64,000 nucleotides of DNA from a candidate division FCPU426 bacterium (GTDB taxonomy: Bacteria; Oederibacteriota; Muellerivitia; Muellerivitales; Muellerivitaceae): assembly GCA_023249615.1 (NCBI GenBank), contig JAHFCG010000001.1, positions 2,257 to 66,256 of the forward strand, in the 5' to 3' direction. The position numbers and the translations under genes were made by a program. Shown piece after piece: positions 1-10,283 of this stretch; the stretch's first letter is position 1, and each line of letters begins with the position of its first letter. Below the pieces are notes generated by a model, which saw only the letters and a program-made list of their open reading frames with translations, made no database searches and had not been told where the DNA came from.

Positions 1-1661
1 TACACCACGGTGGTTCCTGGCGACCCCACCGCAAAATCATCAAAAAAGTTTTGAGAATAGGACACGGTCGCGATGGGAGTGGGGCTGGAGGCCGCCAAGA
101 CATTGCTATAAACGAGGTAATCCACCGGCGACCCGTAAAAACCCGAACCAGCCCCGGACCAAAAAACATGAATCTGGTTGTTGGTCCCAGTCAGAGGGGT
201 TGCCAAAACCGTCGCCACGGGGGTTGGGGCCAAATTTAAATAGGAGGGTGTGGGGGCTTTCCCAATATTTCCGCCCAGATTCAGAAAATCATAAGGTTCC
301 ACCCAATAGCTCCACCCGTGGGCGTTTGAATTTGTCGAATCGACGGCGGCTAGGGTAGGGACAACGGAAGGAACAATTGGAATAATCGTGAAAGGAGTGG
401 GGGTAATGGTGGGGGTTGGACTGCCGGTGAAAGTAGGGGTTCCCGGATAACTCAAGGCCGGCGGGGCCGGGATGCCATTGAGGCTTTTATAAATCCTGTA
501 GCCGTTCAACCCATAGGTCCCGGGATAACCCTGATTCCAAATCACGGTTACGCCCTGTGTAGGGTTGGGAACCACGGTAATGGGGCTGGAGACCGAGGAT
601 TTTGAAAGACTTTCCGAAATACCGCTTGAGCTGGTGTTTCCGTTCGGGCTTTGCGCGATTACGGAGTAGGTTACAGCGGTGGAATTCGAAAAAGGAATAG
701 AGGAATCATCATAAACATAGGTCGGCGTTGCACCGGCAACCGGGATGCTGGTAAGGGTAACCGCGCCCGACAAAACCTGAAATGCCGTTACCCCTTCCGA
801 AACCACGGGGCCGTTCCACATTAAACGGATTCCATAGGTTGGCACGGCCGTGGCCAGAACCATCGCCGAAAGCAACGGCTTGGCGGGAGCCAGCCCTCCA
901 TTTGGAAAAACAGGACCAGTGGCGGTAACGGGCATGGGGCTGGTCACGCCGTTGCTATCCACCGCGTTAACCACATAAAAGGCCCCGGAAGGACCCAGGG
1001 AAACAAATGAGGAATCGGTGAAGGTGGCGCCGAAAACCGTGGCGACCGGTGAAACCATTCCCACCGCCGTATAGGCAAAGGTCGCCTGAATATTGGGAGT
1101 GGTATTGGGCGTCGGGGTATTCGTGGCCCAGGTTCCCGTAGCCGTCGGGGTTGTCGTAAAAACAAAGGCTGACACTTGATAAAAACTGACGGGAAAGGAC
1201 GACAGCGGCGCCCCCCACGAAAGGTCAAGAGCGTTTGAATGGATGGTTTGAATGTTCAAGGGCAGGATAACGTTCGGCGCCGAAAATGGAAAACCAGTGG
1301 TTGAGGAGGGCAAGCCCCTGCCGTTTTGATCCAAGCCCGAAACCTGGTATAGATAGCTTCGTCCGTTGGTCACCTGAAAATCCTGAAAAACAGGTGTTGG
1401 CGCCAGAACCGTGGCAATGGGAACTGGAGTCGGTGTGGGCGTAAGGATTCCGGTGGGTGTGGGTGTCGGTGTGCTGGTTAAATCCTGAAGAATCCGGACG
1501 ATGGAATAGGCGAAGACAGTTGGAACTGGGGAAAGATCTGAATCCCATTGTAAGGTTACGGCCCCATTGCCCCCGGAAGAAGTCAGACCGGCCGGAGGTG
1601 CGGGTTGAGCCAAGGAATTTGAGGCGGACAGCGCCAGCAACCCCATGCTCATCAACCCCAT
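1..1661 (-). CDS. Partial secreted protein with repeated Fn3-like modules joined by Thr/Pro-rich linkers. The N-terminal signal peptide lies at the high-coordinate end and the C-terminus runs off the window start.
   Basis: Manual reverse-complement translation gives one open frame from about 1661 (ATG at 1659-1661; possible TTG at 1689-1691 preceded by TAA) to position 1 with no stops seen. It begins MGLMSMGLLALSASNSLAQ (signal-peptide-like) and contains TPTPTPTG / PTPTITPTP linkers. The ORF track only shows fragments in other frames because the stop lies outside the window. Confidence 0.5.
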   Translation of the reverse strand, partial: MGLMSMGLLALSASNSLAQPAPPAGLTSSGGNGAVTLQWDSDLSPVPTVFAYSIVRILQDLTSTPTPTPTGILTPTPTPVPIATVLAPTPVFQDFQVTNGRSYLYQVSGLDQNGRGLPSSTTGFPFSAPNVILPLNIQTIHSNALDLSWGAPLSSFPVSFYQVSAFVFTTTPTATGTWATNTPTPNTTPNIQATFAYTAVGMVSPVATVFGATFTDSSFVSLGPSGAFYVVNAVDSNGVTSPMPVTATGPVFPNGGLAPAKPLLSAMVLATAVPTYGIRLMWNGPVVSEGVTAFQVLSGAVTLTSIPVAGATPTYVYDDSSIPFSNSTAVTYSVIAQSPNGNTSSSGISESLSKSSVSSPITVVPNPTQGVTVIWNQGYPGTYGLNGYRIYKSLNGIPAPPALSYPGTPTFTGSPTPTITPTPFTIIPIVPSVVPTLAAVDSTNSNAHGWSYWVEPYDFLNLGGNIGKAPTPSYLNLAPTPVATVLATPLTGTNNQIHVFWSGAGSGFYGSPVDYLVYSNVLAASSPTPIATVSYSQNFFDDFAVGSPGTTVV

Positions 1662-1742
1662 GAATAAAATTTTAGGTTTGTTTCTAGTCAATTACGATTC
1701 CCTTCGAATAAAAACACCACTTGTTTTTCATAACCTTTAAAT

Positions 1743-1790
1743 GCCCCTGCCGAAGTCAACCGTTGTAGGGGCAAAGCATGCCTTGCCCCT
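1743..1790. repeat. REP-like palindromic unit of the same family (aggggcaaaGCATGCCttgcccct)
   Basis: Shares the AGGGGC...GCATGCC...GCCCCT core with the unit at 20897-20919. Confidence 0.45.
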
Positions 1791-1882
1791 AGGAAACCTT
1801 ACGACTGCATCTGGCTTCGCCAGACAGGCGCTCTGATGACAGCCCTAAAATAATCAGTTCTTCGTGCCCTCGTGGTTCAAAA

Positions 1883-4800
1883 TCAGAATCTCGCCTCCAC
1901 TGAAATAGTTCCCTGCCAAAGCGTGTAATCAAAAGTATGGTTTTTCTTGGTTTCGTCCGTCGGGTCATACGTCGGGGAAAGCTCATAGGTCGTGTTGGTA
2001 AAATACTCATTGGCGAGTCCAATGCCGACCTTCAGGTTTTTCAGGGCGTTATAGGTGAGATCGATTGTACCACGGTACTTTTGCGTCTTGATCTGGGTGT
2101 AGACGCTGTTGGAATCATTTTCAATGAACTCCATCGAAAAGGTCGACCTAAGTTCGATGGCATCCTGGAGCTTCAACTTCCATTTTGTGAAGGGAATGTG
2201 AATCTCAAGGTTAGGCGCGAATTTTTGGGTGTACTCGATATAACCCAGGTCATCGTGTGGAAGGGTTTCCGTCTGCCGCGTAAGGGTATGGCCCGTGGTT
2301 CTTTGCAGGTGGATATTCCCCTGGGCCTTCGCGTTGATGTCATAAGGGAAGGTAAAGGAATAAAGGTCGGTATAGGACTGCGTGTCGATGATCGGCGGAT
2401 TCGAACTGTCGTATTGGTTGTTTTCGGTCCGGGTATATTGAAACTGGGCGCTGTTCAAGTTGAATTTGATGAAAGGGACCGTGAATATCCGCTTGGTGTA
2501 ATTGGTGGTCAACCCAAGGGTCCTCCCGTCCTGTTTGATGGGATTGGCGCCCCTGGACAGTACGCTCTCCTGCTGGTTCCAGGCTCCGGTCGGCTTGAAT
2601 TCCCAAACATCAAAAAGCCTGAAACTTCCGTTCACCTGTTCAGAGTCGGACTTGTTGCCGGTAAGGGCGAATTTGGAGATTTTTGACCAGGTCGTGTATT
2701 TATCCTCAAAGGTCAAAGCCTCGGTAACCGGCACGGAACCGAAATTGGGGATGGTTTCCGTAAGGTTTTCGGTCCAACCGCCGTAAATCGTGACCCCTAT
2801 TTGCTGTAGAAGCGGAAACCAAATACCCGGGGAAAGATTCACCGAAAGGTTTTGGGAATTGGCGTTGGTGAACCTGGTCCCGTCGGGGAAGGAAACAAAG
2901 TCATATTGATTGCTCCCCGAATAATCCGCCTGGGGGGTTATTCCCGGAATACCCCTGAAAACCATGCCGATCTTGGGCTTGTACCCCTGTTGAAAGGGAA
3001 CAAAGTCGGGAACGGGTGTTCCCTGCACGCCCGGGCTGTTGGTGTTACCCATCGCGTCGATGAGTGAAAGGGAGTATCCGGGGGTAAACACGAGATTCTT
3101 GACCAGCTCGGTCGTGTTGGTCCAGCTATAGTTTTGAAGACGGGTCGTTCGGTCATAGTTGGCAAGTGCCAGGGCCGGGGGGCTGGGGGCGGAAAGGAAT
3201 TCCTGCCGGTCATGGGTCAGGGTAAAGGTCTGGTTAAACTGGTTTGTCCCTATGTTGAGGAAAAAGAGTTTCAACGGCGCGTCGTAGGTACTGTTCAGGT
3301 TTAAAACTTCCTGCCCCTTTCTCGTGTCGCCCTGAACACCCGGCTGGGTTTTATAATCGTCCAAATACTTGTCGGTTTCATAGTTGGTACTCCCCGAAAC
3401 CCGGACGTTGGTCAGGCGCCCAAAACTGGGGCCAAGATCCTTGGTGTACCCGATGCTTCCGGTGGCGTTGTCCACTCTGGTATCGGGAAGGGCTAGGTAA
3501 TAGGGGTTTTGCTTCAAAGCCTCCTCGGTGGTCGTGTCCTGCTGGGTTACGTGAAAATCCGTGGACAAAGGCTGGCCGAAAAGTTTCACCGCGTTGGAGG
3601 AATAGTCGGCGCCCAGCTGCCGTGAATGCTGGAAATGGGTTGAGGTTTGATCCATCTGGGTAAACCCGGAATCCACCTCCCTGTACCGGGTATTGACCGT
3701 GGCGAAGTTGTCTCCCAGGTTAAAGGCGGCATTGACGCGCCGGGCAAGACCGGTTCGGCCAGCCGGACTGACTGTTCTCAGGTTGTTGATCCACAATTCC
3801 CCGGATTGGGCGGAAGGAGCGTTTGGCGAGACAACCCCAAAACTGATCTGGGAGGACCGATTGAGGAAAGGCTTCCCAACCTTAAGGCGGTTCCCCTTGG
3901 ACCCATCCAGGGGAATAACCAGCGTGTTCCAGGTGGAAAGATATTTATCAACCAATTGGATGTTATATTGGTAGAAGTTTTTCTGGTCATTTCCCAGACG
4001 GATAAAAAGTATTTCCCCCGGTTGGTAGGACTTTATTTGTAAATCAAGCCGAAGTTCCTGGAAATCCGTAAAATCAAGTCCCTGGCCGTAAAGACGGGTG
4101 GCGTAATAAATGGGTTTACCGTTGATATTGTTGGCCGGTTCAAAATCCGCCGAGGACAGGTTGTAGGTTATTTTGAGGGACTTTTCCCTGTTCAATATCG
4201 CCGTTTGATCCTGGCCTGTGGCAATCGTCAGGAACCGCAATATACCCTGGTAGCGGTCGGGTTCCTGTTCATGGCTGATGGAGCTGACATCGAATTTACC
4301 GGTATTCACCGTGACGCTTTGATTCGCGTTGGCGTCAGGGTCCACTTCCAACTGCCAAAGGTTTCTTGAAAAACCGATATTCTCAATCCAGAAACCTCCA
4401 GCCACTTCCGCCGGGGTCGTTCCGGTTGTCCAAACCCGGACGGCTTTAACTATTTGGGGATTAGGCGCCCCCACCTGGTGGAAGAAATAGGAAATTCCAT
4501 CCGATGTAAAACTCAACGCGTCCGGCGCGGTGAAATTGATCGGGATTTTGACCTGCTTCCAGGTTTTATACGGCCAATTGACCCTGACTCCATATTCAAA
4601 ATAGGAATTGGCCGTGTCCAGCACCCCGTTTCCGTTCATGTCCTCCGTGATATAGGTCGTATTGGAGCTGAGGTTATTGCTGACCCCTTCCTGGGAAACC
4701 TCCCCTTGATAACCAAGAAACCCCCCCGTGGCCGGGTCAAATTGGGCGCCCGATCCGGGGCTTGAGTTATTCCAGGGGGTTCCAAGCGCGTAAAAGGTTG

Positions 4801-7800
4801 GAATCCCATAACCGGGATTGGAAAGACTCGGGCTTCCCTGATTCGGATCGTGGTCAAGAATGGGCGCGTTCGAGTTGGAATCCTCGTTGATAATCCCAAA
4901 GTCAAACATGACCCATTTATCGATTCCGTCGTTGCAAATCCAGGTTTGAAAATAACGCGTATTGGACAAATCCGTTCCCGTGGCGGTTAAAACCTGCCTT
5001 ACCCCGGCCCAGTTCTGGCTGCTCAAGTGGGAGTAGGGAAATTGTAAAACGCTGACGACATCCTTTCCGTTTTGGGAAGAGGCCCAGGTATGTCCCCCAT
5101 AACCCGGGACACTGGTGTAATCCAGGCCGCCGGTTCCGTTTTGGGTCCCAATCTGCTGGAAATCCATTTGCGTCGCGGGAGCGCTATCATTGTAAAACCT
5201 GACCCTGTTATTGGTGAGGGTTTGGGATCCGTTGGGGGAAAGGCCGGGCAAAAAAGACGGAACGGCGAGTGGCGGGGAGGAAACCAGCCAATTGGTCGGG
5301 TTCATGGCGGGGCTGGTGGAATTATCTATTCCCTCCATGTTATCGATCATGGCCACCCCGCTTTCACCCTCGGCGTCGAAGGTGTTGGGGCTGAAATAAC
5401 TTTGAGCCACCTCACCCGACAATTTGATGTTCAAGGGCGGTTTCCAGTTTTCAAGCCCGGGGATAATTCCCGTTATGGATTGGAGGTCCTCCGGACTTAT
5501 GTCGTATTTGGCGTCCGCGTCCACGACGGCAAGGGAGTTCGGCGTTGACCCGATCTGGGGAACCTCATTGGGTTGTTGGGTGGTGGTGTAAAGGAAGGTG
5601 GAGCCAAGGAAGAAATGGTCCGTGAGGTCATATTCAGCCCTTGCCCCCAAAATATTGTTCTGGCCGAAGGAACCGAAAGGAGCGTACTCATAGGTCACCA
5701 CCACCTGGCTGTCCGGCCGCAAAAGGCTCTTATCCTGGAAATCCAGGAAGCCGGAGTTGTAATCAAAGAAATAATCGGCGTCCCTTTTCAGGCGGTGGCC
5801 GTCCAGGTAAACCGCCTCGCTTCCCCGGATGATGTTGAAGCGGTCGAGCCGGTAAAAATCCAGTTTGGTTTTATATTCCACGTGGATGCGCTTGGCGCTG
5901 GCGGGAGGGGAAGTTTGGCTGTAAACATCCCCCGGACCTGTTCCGGCGGAAGCGTCGATATTCGCGAAGGGCCTTTCCGGAAAATAAGGCGGAGCCGCGA
6001 AGGTCACGCTGGTATTGGTGACCGTTAAAAGATTCAGGTCCTGGTTGACCTGAAAGGCCCAGGGACCCGCGCCGCCGGTTTGAAGGGTGTTGTTGTTCCC
6101 CTGGTCAATGATTTGAAACAGGAATTCCGGGTCCTGCTGGGGCGGGACAATTTTATCCCGGCCCAGGTCAAAGTAATTCAAGAGGTAAAGCGGGCTCACG
6201 ACGGTTGAATTTTTATTGTCCTTGATTAAATAGGCCCGTCCCACATTGGTTACCAGTCCATTGGGATCAACCTGAAGGGTGTCCGGATTCGTCAGATCAA
6301 TTTGACCGCTCGGGTCATAACCGATGGAATTGTTGTTCCGGTCAATAAAGGCCACGGCGATCCGCGAGTTGAGGCTGAGGGCCCGGTTGAAGGTGATCAC
6401 CCCCGTGGAGTAATCGATGGTGTAATCCTTCCCCGGAAGCCAATGCTCGAAAAAACCCCGGAAAATTTTTGGATTGCTTTGATCCGGGAAAATCCCGTTG
6501 GCCGGATCCACCCAAATTTCCTCGCTGTTGCTCTGCGGCAGGGCGTTATTGACGACCTGACTGCCGATGGTGACGGGGCTGGAGGCCCGGGTAATCAAAA
6601 AATACCGGAAACGCATGTATTCAATGTCCTGGATGTCCCTTTTCACCTGGACATAGTTCCCCTTGAAGACCTTGGTTTCGGAAATTCCCTTGGTCTGGGC
6701 GAAAAAGGAGGAAAAGCGGAACCTGTCAAACTTCAATTTCGCCTGGAGGCCGAATAATTTTTTGCTGAAACCGGCGAACTCGGTATTCGGCAGGTAAAGA
6801 TCCAGATCGCCGAAAGCCACTTCCTGGATGGGGCTGTCCTCGTTCCCGTGGTAAACGATGGAAATATTTTGCTTGGTCTGGTCCACTCCCCCCGTCCCGG
6901 TGCCGTTGTTTCGATTCACGTCGCTGTAATCCACGTTGACGTCGACGTTCTTCCCCACCTTCCCCTGCAGGTTCACCACCAATTCCTGGTTGACCTGGGT
7001 ATTGTTGTTGTCGGCGGAAATGGCGGTAATTTTGGGATCACGGTTGAAATGCTGGAAGCTGAAAACCGCCTCAATTTTTTTGTACCCCTGGATCGAAAGC
7101 TGGGTATCCGCCGGCAATTGCAAATTGATGATCTTTTGCTGGGGAACGTCCAAGACCTTCTCTTCTTCCGGGGGCAGGGTGGCCTTGGGTTTGAGGGCTT
7201 CCGCCTTTTCCTCCTCCGTCAGGGGAATTTCCAGTCCCTGGGGAGTCACGGTATTTTCCTCGGAATAGGCGCCGACCGTTCCCTGCGAATCCACGGCGGC
7301 CACCACGTAAAAATAATCCTCACCGTTTTTGGGGGCCGAAAGACTGTTTTGGGCGCCGTCCAGGAAATAAGGGGCCGGCAGGGGTTTTAAATTGACCAAC
7401 TTGTATCCGATTCCAGGAACCGTCGAACGGTAGACGTTATAAGACACCACGTGGGAGGGCACCGGAGCGGAATCCCAGGAAAGATAAACGCCATCCTTGA
7501 GGGTCAGTATTTTGATGCCCGTGGGGACCGGAGGAGGGCCAAAGGAAGTCACGGGAGCCGAGGTGGCCCCGGGAGTGGGGGTGTTCCCAATGTAATCAAT
7601 CCCGTCCAGGACCTGGATTTCTTCCTGGGGGCTTAAGTTCAAATCCTTGGCGGGAGTGGTAATGCTTTTTTGCGACACAGGCCCTGGCGTGGGGGTTTGC
7701 GCGAACGCTGAATTCGACGCTGTTAGGAAAACTATCCCCAAAATGACCAGAAGGATCTTGGTTGGCCCCCCCAAAGAACCTGCCGGGCGGCAGGTTTTCT

Positions 7801-7879
7801 CCTGTCGATGGAACAGGGGAAAAGATTTGACGCCGGAGGGAGATGTAGTAATGGTTGTGGCCTTCCTGGTAAACATCAA
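1883..7879 (-). CDS. Giant (~1998 aa) secreted outer-membrane protein. It has an N-terminal signal peptide plus an Fn3-like module and a C-terminal beta-barrel signature (...EARF terminal Phe). It is possibly a SprA/Sov-like very large beta-barrel.
   Basis: Long ORF with an N-terminal hydrophobic stretch KILLVILGIVFLTASNSAFAQ and an N/T/S/G/Y/Q-rich composition typical of OM barrels, ending in a C-terminal Phe. The SprA assignment is inference only. The true start is probably downstream of the annotated M (possible TTG). Confidence 0.75.
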   Translation of the reverse strand: MMFTRKATTITTSPSGVKSFPLFHRQEKTCRPAGSLGGPTKILLVILGIVFLTASNSAFAQTPTPGPVSQKSITTPAKDLNLSPQEEIQVLDGIDYIGNTPTPGATSAPVTSFGPPPVPTGIKILTLKDGVYLSWDSAPVPSHVVSYNVYRSTVPGIGYKLVNLKPLPAPYFLDGAQNSLSAPKNGEDYFYVVAAVDSQGTVGAYSEENTVTPQGLEIPLTEEEKAEALKPKATLPPEEEKVLDVPQQKIINLQLPADTQLSIQGYKKIEAVFSFQHFNRDPKITAISADNNNTQVNQELVVNLQGKVGKNVDVNVDYSDVNRNNGTGTGGVDQTKQNISIVYHGNEDSPIQEVAFGDLDLYLPNTEFAGFSKKLFGLQAKLKFDRFRFSSFFAQTKGISETKVFKGNYVQVKRDIQDIEYMRFRYFLITRASSPVTIGSQVVNNALPQSNSEEIWVDPANGIFPDQSNPKIFRGFFEHWLPGKDYTIDYSTGVITFNRALSLNSRIAVAFIDRNNNSIGYDPSGQIDLTNPDTLQVDPNGLVTNVGRAYLIKDNKNSTVVSPLYLLNYFDLGRDKIVPPQQDPEFLFQIIDQGNNNTLQTGGAGPWAFQVNQDLNLLTVTNTSVTFAAPPYFPERPFANIDASAGTGPGDVYSQTSPPASAKRIHVEYKTKLDFYRLDRFNIIRGSEAVYLDGHRLKRDADYFFDYNSGFLDFQDKSLLRPDSQVVVTYEYAPFGSFGQNNILGARAEYDLTDHFFLGSTFLYTTTQQPNEVPQIGSTPNSLAVVDADAKYDISPEDLQSITGIIPGLENWKPPLNIKLSGEVAQSYFSPNTFDAEGESGVAMIDNMEGIDNSTSPAMNPTNWLVSSPPLAVPSFLPGLSPNGSQTLTNNRVRFYNDSAPATQMDFQQIGTQNGTGGLDYTSVPGYGGHTWASSQNGKDVVSVLQFPYSHLSSQNWAGVRQVLTATGTDLSNTRYFQTWICNDGIDKWVMFDFGIINEDSNSNAPILDHDPNQGSPSLSNPGYGIPTFYALGTPWNNSSPGSGAQFDPATGGFLGYQGEVSQEGVSNNLSSNTTYITEDMNGNGVLDTANSYFEYGVRVNWPYKTWKQVKIPINFTAPDALSFTSDGISYFFHQVGAPNPQIVKAVRVWTTGTTPAEVAGGFWIENIGFSRNLWQLEVDPDANANQSVTVNTGKFDVSSISHEQEPDRYQGILRFLTIATGQDQTAILNREKSLKITYNLSSADFEPANNINGKPIYYATRLYGQGLDFTDFQELRLDLQIKSYQPGEILFIRLGNDQKNFYQYNIQLVDKYLSTWNTLVIPLDGSKGNRLKVGKPFLNRSSQISFGVVSPNAPSAQSGELWINNLRTVSPAGRTGLARRVNAAFNLGDNFATVNTRYREVDSGFTQMDQTSTHFQHSRQLGADYSSNAVKLFGQPLSTDFHVTQQDTTTEEALKQNPYYLALPDTRVDNATGSIGYTKDLGPSFGRLTNVRVSGSTNYETDKYLDDYKTQPGVQGDTRKGQEVLNLNSTYDAPLKLFFLNIGTNQFNQTFTLTHDRQEFLSAPSPPALALANYDRTTRLQNYSWTNTTELVKNLVFTPGYSLSLIDAMGNTNSPGVQGTPVPDFVPFQQGYKPKIGMVFRGIPGITPQADYSGSNQYDFVSFPDGTRFTNANSQNLSVNLSPGIWFPLLQQIGVTIYGGWTENLTETIPNFGSVPVTEALTFEDKYTTWSKISKFALTGNKSDSEQVNGSFRLFDVWEFKPTGAWNQQESVLSRGANPIKQDGRTLGLTTNYTKRIFTVPFIKFNLNSAQFQYTRTENNQYDSSNPPIIDTQSYTDLYSFTFPYDINAKAQGNIHLQRTTGHTLTRQTETLPHDDLGYIEYTQKFAPNLEIHIPFTKWKLKLQDAIELRSTFSMEFIENDSNSVYTQIKTQKYRGTIDLTYNALKNLKVGIGLANEYFTNTTYELSPTYDPTDETKKNHTFDYTLWQGTISVEARF

Positions 7880-7970
7880 ATTCCGCCTCGTTTAATACTG
7901 TACGGGGAATCGTCCCCGAAAGGAACTTTTCCCAAATTTTAATATAAAATTAAAAGCACCCTCATCCCAA

Positions 7971-8116
7971 CCCTCTCCCCTCAAGGGAGAAGGGGGAAAA
8001 ATGAAACCTAACCCTGCCTTACTGCCTGGTTTTAAAATCCAAGCCGGTTTAAAAAAAATTTAAAACCCTGACAACAACCCCCTCTCCATCAAGGGGAGAG
8101 GGCGGCGCGAAGCGCC
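7971..8116. repeat. Two related hairpins (tctccc-ctcaa-gggaga and ccctctcc-atcaagg-ggagaggg) plus a ggcgcGAAgcgcc hairpin
   Basis: Motif CCCCTCAAGGG(G), shared with 10284-10352. Confidence 0.5.
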
Positions 8117-8143
8117 AGGTGAGGGTGATTCCCAGCGACTTTT

Positions 8144-8893
8144 TCAATCCAACCCCAGGGCTTTTTTCAAATCATCCAAACGTTCCCGGCTTACCGGCAG
8201 GCGTGTTTTGGCCGTGTCGGATAAAACCGCCATGTATTTCCTGTCCCCCTCATGGTCCAACTCCTTCAGGTAATCCAGGTTGATGATGGCGCTCCGGTGG
8301 ATCCTCAGGAATTTTTCGGGATCCAACCGCTGGGCAAGGGCGTCCAGCCGGTCATCCGCCAGAAGCTCCTGGCCTTCCACCAGCAAAAGGGCGTAATGGT
8401 CCTTGGCCACAATGGCGGAAACCTGGGTTGGGTTAAACACCCGGTACTTGGCCCCGCACTTGATGGCCATCCGCCTTTTCGCGTTTCCTTCCTCCATTTT
8501 TTTGAAGAATTCCCTGCGGTCGGTCTGGGTTTTAGGATTTTTTCTTTTCCGGATTCTTTCAATGGTTTCACCCAGTCTTTCGGGTACCACGGGTTTGACA
8601 AGATAATCCACGGCCGAAAGTTCAAATGCCTTCAGCGCGTGTTCGCTGTAGGCCGTGACGAAAACCACCGCTGGTCCTTCCCCGCCCCAGGCCTCGGCAA
8701 CTTCCAGGCCGTTGAGCTCCGGCATCTCGATATCCAAAAAGACCAGATCCGGCTGAAGTGTTTGCGCGACCTGAAGAGCCTCCAAACCATTGGAGGCCTC
8801 GCCGACAACCTTCAGGTCCGAAAAAACCGCCAGCATCCTGGCAAGCCGGGAACGGGCGGGTGCTTCATCATCCACAATCAGGGCCTTAATCAT
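8144..8893 (-). CDS. Response regulator with an N-terminal receiver domain and a C-terminal LytTR DNA-binding domain
   Basis: MIKALIVDDE...DLVFLDIEMPELNGLEV receiver motifs; the C-terminal half is LytTR-like; it overlaps the upstream kinase by 4 nt. Confidence 0.85.
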   Translation of the reverse strand: MIKALIVDDEAPARSRLARMLAVFSDLKVVGEASNGLEALQVAQTLQPDLVFLDIEMPELNGLEVAEAWGGEGPAVVFVTAYSEHALKAFELSAVDYLVKPVVPERLGETIERIRKRKNPKTQTDRREFFKKMEEGNAKRRMAIKCGAKYRVFNPTQVSAIVAKDHYALLLVEGQELLADDRLDALAQRLDPEKFLRIHRSAIINLDYLKELDHEGDRKYMAVLSDTAKTRLPVSRERLDDLKKALGLD

Positions 8894-10236
8894 TTCTCCT
8901 CCTTAACCGAGGGATCGGTGGTTAAAAGCGGCAGGGTCATCAAAACCCTGGTTCCCCCGCCTTCACGACGGGCAATCTCAAGACGGCCTTCTTTTCCAAA
9001 ACTTAAATCAAGGCGTTTTCGGCAATTCTCAAGGGCGGTTCCAGAGCCTGAGTAATTGGAGTTGCCAAAACCAACCCCGTCATCCTCCACCCATAATTCC
9101 AGATTTTCCTTTTTCAATTCCGCCCCCACGGTAAGGTTGCCGCCTGATGCCCGCGAGGAAAGCCCGTGCTTTACCGCGTTTTCCACCAGGGGCTGAAGCA
9201 ACAGAACGGGAACGAATATTTTTCCCGCGTCCAATCCCCTTGCCGGTTTAATCTTCGCCTTCAGGCGGGACCCAAAGCGGACCTGCTCAATTTCAAGGTA
9301 ATCCTTGCAAAAACCCAGTTCCTTCGCAAGAGGATGATAGGATTTTTCACTGGACGCCAACACCCCCTGGTAAAGCGCCGACAGCCTCACCACCACCTTT
9401 TCCGCCTTGGCCGGATCATCGTGGATAAGGGAAGCCACGGTGTTCAGGGTATTGAAAAGAAAGTGGGGATTCATTTGATCCTTTAATTTTGTCAGCAGAG
9501 CCTGGAGCCTTTCCTTTTCCAGTTCTTCCGTTCGCAACTTGCTGGATCTCGCGGCGTCCTTCAGGTCCTGCCAGGACATGAAAAGAAAACAAAGGAGGAG
9601 AAGGGTCCAAACCCAAAAAACCTCCGTCCCGTAATACTGCCAGTGGAACTCGACGGGGATAGGATCCCCGGCGTAATACCAGTTGATTAACGCCAGCTTG
9701 ATATGAAAATCCAGGTACAATCCGGCCGGGGCCACAAAAGCCAATAAAAGCAAAAACCATCCGGTGCCGTGCCGGGGAATGTTTCTTTGGGCGTGAAGCG
9801 CCCAAAATTTTTCCACGGTCAAAAAGACCTTTGTCATCGCCATGCCGAACAATCCGACTAGGGAGGCCTCGAAAAAACTCCAGCCCCAACGGAAAAGAAT
9901 CGAGGAAACCGTGCGGTTTCCTAAAAGGAAACTGACCAAAAGGGTCAAAATCGGGTTCCAAAAAAGGAACAGTTTGAGAAAGGAAACGGCGAACCGGTCC
10001 TCAAAATCCAGGGAAAAAAAAATTTTCCAGTTCCGGCTCATCTTTTCGTTCCTTTGTGTTTCGTTTCCCGGGGCCTCGATCGTTTCCCCGGGGGGACTTT
10101 TTTGAAAAAGCCTGATTAACCCCCGCGAAATGATAGCAACACCCGGAAAAATACCTAGGTTGATTTTTTCATCGGTCATAACCCCTTGTTTCCCTCCGAG
10201 TAAAAAAGACCCGTCGGGGAAAGGCGCCCCGCCCAT
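8890..10236 (-). CDS. LytS/YehU-type sensor histidine kinase (multi-TM N-terminal domain, His_kinase and HATPase_c)
   Basis: Contains ...MNPHFLFNTLNTVASLI (His_kinase H-box) and ...GLSSRASGGNLTVGAEL...DDGVGF (ATPase). The probable real start is at MSRNWKIFF (about 10041), because the upstream extension translates intergenic hairpins. Confidence 0.8.
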   Translation of the reverse strand: MGGAPFPDGSFLLGGKQGVMTDEKINLGIFPGVAIISRGLIRLFQKSPPGETIEAPGNETQRNEKMSRNWKIFFSLDFEDRFAVSFLKLFLFWNPILTLLVSFLLGNRTVSSILFRWGWSFFEASLVGLFGMAMTKVFLTVEKFWALHAQRNIPRHGTGWFLLLLAFVAPAGLYLDFHIKLALINWYYAGDPIPVEFHWQYYGTEVFWVWTLLLLCFLFMSWQDLKDAARSSKLRTEELEKERLQALLTKLKDQMNPHFLFNTLNTVASLIHDDPAKAEKVVVRLSALYQGVLASSEKSYHPLAKELGFCKDYLEIEQVRFGSRLKAKIKPARGLDAGKIFVPVLLLQPLVENAVKHGLSSRASGGNLTVGAELKKENLELWVEDDGVGFGNSNYSGSGTALENCRKRLDLSFGKEGRLEIARREGGGTRVLMTLPLLTTDPSVKEEK

Positions 10237-10283
10237 TCCCCCTTCTTAAAATACCGCAGTAAAAAAAGGGCCTAAAAACGAAT

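Noticed and set aside
1937-2686. Plus-strand ORFs inside the giant minus-strand gene. The same applies to many other antisense ORFs, e.g. 8252-9055, 39462-40292, 43708-44658, 50368-51729 and 60283-61617.
   Set aside because: They lie wholly inside long, well-supported genes with recognisable domains on the opposite strand and their translations have no recognisable features.
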